A DNA stretch of 64,000 nucleotides, taken from contig JBJKPM010000053.1 of NCBI GenBank assembly GCA_046706325.1, positions 1,243 to 65,242 on the forward strand, written 5' to 3'. Position numbers and translations under genes: made by a program. This DNA comes from Desulfocapsaceae bacterium (lineage in GTDB: Bacteria > Desulfobacterota > Desulfobulbia > Desulfobulbales > Desulfocapsaceae). Below the pieces are notes generated by a model. The model had not been told where the DNA came from. It ran no database searches and saw only the letters and a program-made list of their open reading frames with translations. Positions 19,717-27,585 of the stretch are shown one piece after another. The first letter of the stretch is position 1. Each line of letters starts with the position of its first letter.

Positions 19717-20255
19717 TGGGGAGGATCAGGCTTGTCTTTACCGGCTCGGGTGGTCAGGGGGTTATCACCGCCGCCATTATCCTGGCGGAGGCCGCCGTCA
19801 TCCATGAAGGGATGAATGCGACCCAGACCCAGAACTACGGGGCGGAGGCACGGGGCGGTTCGACCCGCAGCGATATCATCATTTCCGATGCGGAGATCTA
19901 TTTTCCGGAGGTGACCCAGCCCAATATCCTGGTCTGCCTGACCCAGGAGGCCTATAATGAATATTCGTCGATCATCAGGCCGGGTGGGACCCTGTTGACG
20001 GACAGCCGTTTCGTGACAACGGCGAAAAAGGTGGATGCCAAACAGATCCAGCTGCCGATGTACGAGACGGTGGTGGAGAAGATCGGCAAGCCCATCGTCT
20101 TCAATATCTGCATGTTGGGGGCGCTCTTGGGGATCACCGAAATCATCAAACCCGCTTCGGTGATGGAGGTGATCAAGACCCGGGTGCCCGCAGAATTCGT
20201 GGCGATGAACAACAGGGCCTTGGACCTCGGCCTGGTTCTGGGGGCAAACAGATAA
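19713..20255 (+). CDS. korC: 2-oxoacid:ferredoxin oxidoreductase gamma subunit
   Basis: 180 aa with the FTGSGGQGV...YGAEARGG signature of OFOR gamma subunits. Its start overlaps the korB stop. Confidence 0.85.
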   Translation: MMGRIRLVFTGSGGQGVITAAIILAEAAVIHEGMNATQTQNYGAEARGGSTRSDIIISDAEIYFPEVTQPNILVCLTQEAYNEYSSIIRPGGTLLTDSRFVTTAKKVDAKQIQLPMYETVVEKIGKPIVFNICMLGALLGITEIIKPASVMEVIKTRVPAEFVAMNNRALDLGLVLGANR

Positions 20256-20278
20256 CAAAGCAAGATGAAGGAGAAGCA

Positions 20279-23200
20279 ATGGACGGCCACCCGCATCTTC
20301 CACTTTTCCCGGGGGCGCATATCATCGATAAAGCCAAAAGCCTCGGCCTTGATCCCAGTGTCCTCTACGAGGCCGTCATCGATCTGTCAGCCGAGGGGCT
20401 GATCACGGCCAACTGCATCAACCTGGCGGCCGGTATCCTGCTCAACGATCTCGGTCTGCCGAATTATTTTTTTGAGAATATTGCCAAGGAATCTCTGGAA
20501 CATATCCTTGCCTCCATCGCCTCGAGCATCACCTTCAAGGACGGCAGGGTGATCCTCTACGGCCGGATTGCCCATATCGATTTCGACCTGACGCACAAGA
20601 ACGATGTCCAGCGGGTAAGGATCGCCACCGAGGAGACCCGGGACAGCATGGAAAAGATGCTGGAAAACCTGATTTCGGGTCATCGTCGGGAGTACTACCA
20701 CAGCCATGAAAGCGGCTACCATACCTACATTGTCAGGCTGGAAACCGTCCATACCTACAGCAGGGAACAATTTGCCGGCTCGCGGTTTCTGTTCAGTCTC
20801 GCCGGCGATTACCGGACCACACCGGAGCCGACGCGCAGGCGCTACGAAGGCTTCCTGGAAGCGGCGGACAGGTCGGTGAGCCCCCTGGTCGAGGTCTTCA
20901 ATCTGCCGGAAACCGGCGAGACGCGCATCATGTTCAACAGCGATTTCGCCTCGCCCCAGCTGCCGATCCTGCGCAGGCTCTTTGCCGATCACGGCCTGAT
21001 GGTATCGCGTGCCTACTGGGAGCCGTACCGGGGAATATCCGATGTCTTCTCGTCCATCTGTTCCCTGTATATCCAGGGGGAGGTCTCCCGCAGGAAGGAG
21101 GACGAGCTGACCGCAGCCCTGGTCGCCTTTCTGGCCTTTGCCGTCAACCGGGTCACCGACATGTATCTCCGTGGCGATCTGAATTTTAAGGAGATGCTCT
21201 TTGCCGGCAATGCGGTGGATTTTGCCCATATGTTCATCTTCAGGGAGAGCGTAGACGGCACCGATCGGGAGATTATGGAGAACCTGACCGACAAGGACCA
21301 TAAGGAGGCCTTTGCCGGCAGGATCCACAGCTCCAACAAATCGACCTATGTCTATCGGTTGATCCTGGAGGCTGTGGAGTCCAACCCCGATCTGATCAAA
21401 CTGCTCTACGATCTCTTCGCCCGTCGCTTCGATCCGGGGCGGACGGACAGGATAGACGAGGAAGACCTCGCCCTCAAGTTCAGAGAATACGAGCGGATGA
21501 TCGCCTCCCGTTTCCTGGATTTCTCCATCGGTTATGATATCTTCAAGTTCATGTTCAAGATGGTCTCCTGCACCTTGAAGACCAATTTTTATAAGACGGA
21601 GAGACGCTCGTTCGCCTTTCGTTTCGACAATCGCGTCCTTGACCCCCTGGTCTTCGAACAGTTCGTCTACGGGATCTTCTGGGTCAACGGTCATTATGCC
21701 TGCGGCACCCATCTGCGGGCCGCCGACATCGCCCGCGGCGGTTTGAGGCTGTTGCGGATCACGAAATCCAACTATCCCACCGAGCTCGACTCCGCCGTAT
21801 TGCTGAACTATGCCCTGGGACCCATGGCCCAGCGCCTGAAGCATAAGGACATCTGCGAGAGCGGTTCCAAAGGGGTGATTGTGCCGCATGCGATCTATGC
21901 CGTCCAGAGCCGGGATGCGGTTCTGGACTATACGGAGGGGATCATCGACCTGATACTCGGCGATCCTGCAATCGTCGATTATTACGGCTTGCCGGAGATG
22001 GTCTTCTTCGGCCCGGATGAAGGGACGGCCCCGTTGATGGACATGGTCTCCTATCATGCCCGGGAGCGGGGATACCGGAACTGGCGGACGATTACCACCG
22101 GCAAGAGCTTCGGTATTCCGCACGACGCCTACGGCCGATTGGAGACCGGCGAGCTCTTCGGCCTCTTCGACCGGCAGGAAAATGGGGTTGACCTTCAGCT
22201 TGGCGGAAAATCGGTTCTCGTCTCGAATGATATGGAGACCGTCTATCAGCATATCGGGGGGGGAATCGAGGCAAGCGGCATGACCACAACCGGGGTCATG
22301 GCCTCCTTCCGTACCCTGATCGCTCATTACGGAGGCAAGGAGGAGGACCTCAATCTGATGATGACCGGAGGCCCGGACGGCGACCTCGGGGCCAATGAGA
22401 TCCAGTGCTATAAGGGCCGGATCTGCCTGGTGATCGACGGCGGCTCGGTCCTCTTTGATCCCGACGGTCTGGACAAAAAGGAGCTGATGAAGCTTGCCTT
22501 CAAGCGCAATTCGTCACCGCGGGAAAATTCCCTGGCCTTTCCGGAGGATAAACTGGGACCCAGGGGATTCCGGGTACCACTGCAGGCAAAGAATGTCCAG
22601 TTGCCCGATGGAACACTGGTTGGAGATGGGACCATGTTTCATCGTAACTTCCTGACCGATCCCGACAACCGGGGGCTGATCCGGGAGGCACATATTGCTG
22701 CCTTCATCCCCTGCGGCGGGTTCAAAGACACGGTGAATCAAAGTAACGTCAAGAAATTTCTTTCCCTTTTTGGTGAGCTTCGCTTCATCGTCGAGGGCGC
22801 CAACGTCTTCTTCGACGACGCCGCAAGACGGTATATCGCCACAACCACCGCCATTAAGCAGATCAAGGATACCACGGCCAACAAGGGTGGGGTCTTTTCC
22901 AGCTCGATTGCCGAGGTCCTGACCGGATTTCTGTTCAAAGACGACTATGAGGAGAAGCTCTTGAATCATACCGATACCCGCTGGGAGCTGATCGGCGATG
23001 TGATGACCCTGGTGGACACTCATGCCCGGGCGGAGACCTCGATGCTGATCAGGATCCATGAGGCGGACCCGTCGGTGCCGCTTTTTGTCCTTGCCGAGCA
23101 GACCAGCGAGCGGATTTTTGCCCTGCAGGAGGTGTTTGAGCAAAGGATCGGCGATATCCTGGCCGACGAGGACCTGGTCTGGAGGGTCCTGGAGCACTAT

Positions 23201-23401
23201 ATCCCCGCTATCCTGATCAAACGGCTGGGACGGGAAGCCATCATCACTACCCTGAACAGCCGGGAACTGCAGGGCTATCGGGATGCGATCCTGACCAAGA
23301 AAATCGCCTCCATGGCCTTTTATGCCTTCGGTGACAGGTGGGATGATTTTCTGGGAGAAGTGGCGGTGGATGCAACAAAGGCCATCGCCGGGATGGTTTG
23401 A
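20279..23401 (+). CDS. large-type NAD-specific glutamate dehydrogenase (Bac_GDH family, roughly 115-kDa class)
   Basis: 1040 aa. The ordered motifs ARGGLRL, ESGSKGVIVP, GPDEGTAP, TGKSFGIPHD and TGGPDGDLGANE parallel the RGGxR / KGG / DKGTA / GxDH / GDxxGDxxGN blocks of large bacterial GDHs. The GAAGGAG RBS lies 23 nt after korC. Confidence 0.7.
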   Translation: MDGHPHLPLFPGAHIIDKAKSLGLDPSVLYEAVIDLSAEGLITANCINLAAGILLNDLGLPNYFFENIAKESLEHILASIASSITFKDGRVILYGRIAHIDFDLTHKNDVQRVRIATEETRDSMEKMLENLISGHRREYYHSHESGYHTYIVRLETVHTYSREQFAGSRFLFSLAGDYRTTPEPTRRRYEGFLEAADRSVSPLVEVFNLPETGETRIMFNSDFASPQLPILRRLFADHGLMVSRAYWEPYRGISDVFSSICSLYIQGEVSRRKEDELTAALVAFLAFAVNRVTDMYLRGDLNFKEMLFAGNAVDFAHMFIFRESVDGTDREIMENLTDKDHKEAFAGRIHSSNKSTYVYRLILEAVESNPDLIKLLYDLFARRFDPGRTDRIDEEDLALKFREYERMIASRFLDFSIGYDIFKFMFKMVSCTLKTNFYKTERRSFAFRFDNRVLDPLVFEQFVYGIFWVNGHYACGTHLRAADIARGGLRLLRITKSNYPTELDSAVLLNYALGPMAQRLKHKDICESGSKGVIVPHAIYAVQSRDAVLDYTEGIIDLILGDPAIVDYYGLPEMVFFGPDEGTAPLMDMVSYHARERGYRNWRTITTGKSFGIPHDAYGRLETGELFGLFDRQENGVDLQLGGKSVLVSNDMETVYQHIGGGIEASGMTTTGVMASFRTLIAHYGGKEEDLNLMMTGGPDGDLGANEIQCYKGRICLVIDGGSVLFDPDGLDKKELMKLAFKRNSSPRENSLAFPEDKLGPRGFRVPLQAKNVQLPDGTLVGDGTMFHRNFLTDPDNRGLIREAHIAAFIPCGGFKDTVNQSNVKKFLSLFGELRFIVEGANVFFDDAARRYIATTTAIKQIKDTTANKGGVFSSSIAEVLTGFLFKDDYEEKLLNHTDTRWELIGDVMTLVDTHARAETSMLIRIHEADPSVPLFVLAEQTSERIFALQEVFEQRIGDILADEDLVWRVLEHYIPAILIKRLGREAIITTLNSRELQGYRDAILTKKIASMAFYAFGDRWDDFLGEVAVDATKAIAGMV

Positions 23402-23405
23402 AGGG

Positions 23406-25553
23406 TTATTGGTGGTACAGCGGCAGCCTGATCGTAAAGACAACCCCCTGTCTGCCCTCTGTCAGACGATCCACGGTCACCGTTCCTCGATGATGTTCGA
23501 CGATGGTGCGGACGATATAGAGGCCCAGGCCCAGATGGGGTTTTGCGTCTTTCTGGATACGGATCGATACCATGGAATTGAAGATCTGTCCCTGCATCTC
23601 GGCAGGGATCTCCGGCCCCTGGTTGACAACCTGGAGGACAAGGGAATCTCTTTCCCTGAAAAGATGGAGTTCTATCGGGGTCCCTTGTGTGTGGAAGGCG
23701 ACACCGTTTTCGATGAGTTTGTCCAGCATCTGCCGGAGCCGGTCCGGATCACCGTCCAGTGGCAGGGTGCCTTCGGGCCGATCGTAGACAAACTCCACCT
23801 CCGGAAAGGCCGGTTGCCAGCAGTGTTCCAGCCAGAGGGAGAGGGCCTCGGCCAGATCGAAGTTCTCCTTGAATCCCTGATCGAGCGCCTCTTGCAGGTT
23901 GGTGGCGTCCCTGATCGAGGTCAGCAGTTCCTCAAGGCGCAGCACATCACCCAGGGCCCAGTTGACGTAGTTGTTCAGGTGTTCGGGCAGGCCCCTGGTC
24001 TCCCGGGCCAGATTCTTCAGGGAGGCCGAGACGCTGGCAAGCGGGGTGCGCATCTCGTGCTCCAGGTTGTCGGCCATCTTTTCCCGGTATTCACTCTGGT
24101 TTTTGAGCTGTGACAGCATCGAAGACAAGGTCCGGGACAGATCGCCGATCTCGTCCTTTGCCGTTGCCGGCTGCAGTACGTCGAGGATCTGGCCGTTATC
24201 GGCGATTGCCGCCGCAGCCTGGTTTCTGAGACGACGAATCCTGGAGGAGATGCGGAAGGCAAACAGAAAGATGCCGATGCCGCCGAACAGGAAGAAAAGG
24301 ATGGTCATGCCGATGGACTCCTCGATCACCTTGTTCTTCAGGGCCAGGATGGAGTTGGTGGTCTGTTCGACCACAACCACGCCGATGGCCTTCTCCTTTT
24401 CGAAGAGCGGCGTAACCGCAGCCATAACCTCGACCCGGCCCTTGGCGATCCGGTAGTTGGTGATGCTGCTCCTGCCTTCCAGACCCTCCTGGACGCCTTT
24501 GATGTCAAGCGTTGCCGACTGCGGCGAAGAGTCGGTGAAGTCCGAGGAGAGCGGTTCGGTAAACAGCCGGTAGAGCGGGGCGAGCGCCCGGTTGACCTTG
24601 TTGATCAAGGCGTTCAGACCTTCCTCTTTGACCGGCACCTCGTCATCTTCGGCCTTCAGGTTGCCATAGCTTGCTCTGACATGCTGATTGGAATCGACGA
24701 TCAGAATCCGGGAATGCGGCCGATTCAGGGATTTCAGGATGTCGATGATCGAGGTGGCCGGCGGCAGCAGCCAGCCGATCTGATCGATCCGCCCCGGATC
24801 GGCGGTCCCGACGACGGTTTCGACGTCTCGGGTCACCGGATCGTTGACATCCGCCACCGCGAAGGCAAGCTTATGGCCTACCATCGACAGCGGCATCCGC
24901 ATCTCGATGCTGTAACCGGTCGGGGTCTCGGACCAGACCCCCTGGATGTTGTCGTTTTCGATCGGCGGGGCCTCCTCGAGGCCTTCGGGGATCTCGAAGG
25001 CATTGATCCATCCCGGCTTTTTGGCGGTCATTATATAGCGGTGCAGCTTGCCGTCCTTGTCCTCCACCCCGATCTGCAGGTGGTCGGAACGATCGAGCCG
25101 GTCGGAACCCGCCTCCTGGTAGACCACCTTATGGTCGGTCACCAGAAACATCGCCCAGAGGTAGTCCCCCCGTTGCCCGACGAGGTGTTTGAAGTGCAGG
25201 GAGTCGGGGCCGTAGGGGCCGGTAGAGAAGATCACATGGTCACGGCCGAAGTCTTCGGCCTGCTTGAGCTGGGGCTCCCAGTCATCGAACTTGCCGTTTA
25301 AGCGCATCGGATTGGTCAGCTTGAACAGATAGAGATCCCGGTTTTGATCGAGTGAGTGGAACAGCTCCCGGTCGAACAAACCAGGCCGGCCGGCAAGGGC
25401 CGAGGCCACGGCTCGTGCCGAGAACATCAGAGTCTCGCGCCGGCTTTCCAGCAGGTTGTCCTTTAAGATCCCGCTCAATCTGAAACCGGTAAACGGGACG
25501 GCAAGCAGCAGAAGGGAGATCAGGGCAAGCTTCAGTTGCAGGGAGATCCGCAT
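23406..25553 (-). CDS. sensor histidine kinase with a large periplasmic domain (candidate sortase-system kinase PsdS-like)
   Basis: N-terminal TM segment, a roughly 400-aa periplasmic region, a second TM segment, a HAMP domain, the H-box HEMRTPLASV, and N/G boxes (NGVAF..., GLGLYIV). Confidence 0.85.
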   Translation of the reverse strand: MRISLQLKLALISLLLLAVPFTGFRLSGILKDNLLESRRETLMFSARAVASALAGRPGLFDRELFHSLDQNRDLYLFKLTNPMRLNGKFDDWEPQLKQAEDFGRDHVIFSTGPYGPDSLHFKHLVGQRGDYLWAMFLVTDHKVVYQEAGSDRLDRSDHLQIGVEDKDGKLHRYIMTAKKPGWINAFEIPEGLEEAPPIENDNIQGVWSETPTGYSIEMRMPLSMVGHKLAFAVADVNDPVTRDVETVVGTADPGRIDQIGWLLPPATSIIDILKSLNRPHSRILIVDSNQHVRASYGNLKAEDDEVPVKEEGLNALINKVNRALAPLYRLFTEPLSSDFTDSSPQSATLDIKGVQEGLEGRSSITNYRIAKGRVEVMAAVTPLFEKEKAIGVVVVEQTTNSILALKNKVIEESIGMTILFFLFGGIGIFLFAFRISSRIRRLRNQAAAAIADNGQILDVLQPATAKDEIGDLSRTLSSMLSQLKNQSEYREKMADNLEHEMRTPLASVSASLKNLARETRGLPEHLNNYVNWALGDVLRLEELLTSIRDATNLQEALDQGFKENFDLAEALSLWLEHCWQPAFPEVEFVYDRPEGTLPLDGDPDRLRQMLDKLIENGVAFHTQGTPIELHLFRERDSLVLQVVNQGPEIPAEMQGQIFNSMVSIRIQKDAKPHLGLGLYIVRTIVEHHRGTVTVDRLTEGRQGVVFTIRLPLYHQ

Positions 25554-25561
25554 CGAGGCCC

Positions 25562-26257
25562 CTATTCCAGCCAGCGGTAGCCCATGCCGTATTCGGCCCG
25601 GATCGCATCGAAGGCGGGATCGATCTCCCGGAACTTCTCGCGGATCCTGCGGATATGGGCGGCAATGGCATTGTTGGTGACGACGACGTTGGCCGATTCC
25701 ATCAACTGTTCATGGGACTTGACATGACCGGGCCGCCTGACGAGAGAAAAGAGCAGCCAGAATTCCGTCAGCGTCAGGTTGAGCAATCTGTTGTTCCAGT
25801 AGACCTGCTTGCGCTCCTCCTCGATACGCAGATTGCCGGCGGTGATGATATGCTCATTGCCGCCTGCGGCTCCCTTCAGGGCTTCCAGCATCTTGAACAG
25901 TGCCGAGATCCGCACCGGCAGAAAGTCAAGGGTCGTGGTATTCTTGGTCAGGTAATCCCAGGCTCCGAGGCGAAGTCCGGAGACCTTGTCCAGGTCGGAG
26001 TCCCGGGCGGTCAGAAAGATGATCGGGATGGTCGGCGACAGCTGCCTCAGCTCCCGGCAGATCTCGAATCCGCCCTCCATCTCGTCGTTGAGCATGATAT
26101 CCAGGATGGCAAGATCGGGCAGCTGTAACGCGAAGGCGTCCAGGGCCTCCTGCCGTCCGGCGTAACTGCTGACCATATAACCTTCCCGCTTCAGGGCCTG
26201 GGAGTAGTTCGCCCGCAGCATTTCGTCGTCTTCCACCAGTGCGATTCGATACGTCAT
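25562..26257 (-). CDS. OmpR/PhoB-family response regulator (candidate PsdR-like)
   Basis: Receiver domain with VEDDE, the phospho-acceptor context LAILDIML, FLTARDSDLDKVSGLRLGAWDYLTK, and a winged-helix C-terminus ending GMGYRW. It lies 8 nt upstream of the kinase. Confidence 0.9.
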   Translation of the reverse strand: MTYRIALVEDDEMLRANYSQALKREGYMVSSYAGRQEALDAFALQLPDLAILDIMLNDEMEGGFEICRELRQLSPTIPIIFLTARDSDLDKVSGLRLGAWDYLTKNTTTLDFLPVRISALFKMLEALKGAAGGNEHIITAGNLRIEEERKQVYWNNRLLNLTLTEFWLLFSLVRRPGHVKSHEQLMESANVVVTNNAIAAHIRRIREKFREIDPAFDAIRAEYGMGYRWLE

Positions 26258-26715
26258 GATTATAGGGGACAGTCAAGTTAAGGAAAGAGAGGGCAGGTTC
26301 CCTCCGGATTCTACTGCATAACGGACTAAAGGTAATACGGAGGACAGGGATCATGCAACTGGAAAAAGCAGACCCATCCGATAATCGGACTCCTTCCGGC
26401 GGGCCTTGGTGCTGTTGGTGACCGGTTGTTATTCGAAAAAATCGATGCCAGAGGTGACGGTGGTAAAAAATGCATGCGGTCGGTCCAGGTATCCTTCCCG
26501 TCCGAAAGCAGAGATGATGGAGGGGGTAGAAAGGATGACTGCTGCCTGCCTGGCAAGAAAGACCTTGGGAAATTTACCGGTCGATTTTAAGCGGTAATTA
26601 GAATATCCTGTAAAAGGCTGGCACAAGATGCCCTTGACGGCTCTGCGCTGATCCTGTATCTGGACCGGCAGCGGCAGGAAATGCGAAGCATACAACACCT
26701 CGAGATGGAGCAACT

Positions 26716-27522
26716 ATGGTATCCCCACGACGGATTGTAAAAATAGAGTCTGAAGAACCGACCCCGCGCCTGGCGGTTCTGATAGATGCCGATAACGCAC
26801 AAGCTGCTGTTATTGAAGGTCTTCTTGCAGAAATAGCCAGGTTCGGAGAAGCAACCGTACGACGAATTTACGGCGACTTCACCGCTCCAACGAGTGCCTC
26901 ATGGAAAAGGGTGCTGCAGCGATATGCCATCAAGCCGGTGCAACAATTTGCCTACACAACCGGAAAAAACTCAACGGACAGCACGTTGATTATCGATGCC
27001 ATGGATCTGCTCTACACACGAAAATTCGACGGATTTTGCCTGGTCACAAGCGACAGTGATTTTACAGGCCTTGCCTTGAGGTTACGTGAGGAGGGCCTGA
27101 CGGTCCTTGGCTTTGGTGAAAAGAAAACACCGGATGCGTTCCGGAATGCCTGCCATAAATTCGTATTTACAGAGGTTCTTCGTCCAGGCACCACAGCAGA
27201 ATCGGGAGATCTTGCACCGAAAGACGGCACAAAAAACAGGTCCGGCGAACTCCAGGCACCTCGGGAGGCCTCGGAACAAAACCTTCGATTCCCCAAGAAA
27301 TTCGTATTAACGGCCCTCGAGCAGTCAACCGACGATACGGGATGGGCTCAGCTGGGAACATTCGGGAGTTATCTCACCAAGCTGCAACCCGACTTTGACT
27401 CCAGGCTCTACGGCTATAGGAAACTCTCCGATCTCGTCAAGGCAAGAACCGATCTCTTTGCGACGGAAGAACGAACGGCGCAGGGGTCAAATCAGAAGAT
27501 TCTCTACCTCCGCGCCAAATAG
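26716..27522 (+). CDS. NYN (LabA-like) nuclease domain protein with a C-terminal OST-HTH/LOTUS domain
   Basis: N-terminus LAVLIDADNA...RIYGDF...DSTLIIDAMDL...FCLVTSDSDFTGLALRLRE (NYN/PIN-like acidic residues). The C-terminus W.QLG.FGSYL.KL.PDFDSRLYGY.KLSDLV is LOTUS-like. Confidence 0.75.
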   Translation: MVSPRRIVKIESEEPTPRLAVLIDADNAQAAVIEGLLAEIARFGEATVRRIYGDFTAPTSASWKRVLQRYAIKPVQQFAYTTGKNSTDSTLIIDAMDLLYTRKFDGFCLVTSDSDFTGLALRLREEGLTVLGFGEKKTPDAFRNACHKFVFTEVLRPGTTAESGDLAPKDGTKNRSGELQAPREASEQNLRFPKKFVLTALEQSTDDTGWAQLGTFGSYLTKLQPDFDSRLYGYRKLSDLVKARTDLFATEERTAQGSNQKILYLRAK

Positions 27523-27585
27523 TCTTTTTGGTTTCAAGGAAAGGGGTAGCCGTTCCAGCAAAGATCAAGGCAGGCGAAATCCCGG

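Noticed and set aside
20387-22327. 646-aa minus-strand ORF inside the glutamate dehydrogenase gene
   Set aside because: It is a shadow ORF antisense to a motif-supported 1040-aa CDS. The sequence is low-complexity and Gly/Arg/Pro/Asp-rich. The same reasoning applies to 16053..17132 (+), 11289..12182 (+), 36048..37181 (-), 58051..59082 (-), 62898..63845 (-), 4546..5727 (-) and 29314..30384 (+).
26406-26597. 63-aa ORF beginning (M)VLLVTGCYS that looks like a lipobox
   Set aside because: Only a TTG start is available, with an upstream in-frame stop at 26382. That leaves no room for a positively charged n-region or a full hydrophobic signal, so it is probably non-coding.
26619-26633. Perfect TGGCAC hexamer upstream of the NYN gene (possible sigma-54 -24 box)
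   Set aside because: The -12 position (GG-N10) reads CC rather than GC, and no TTGC element lies at the correct spacing.
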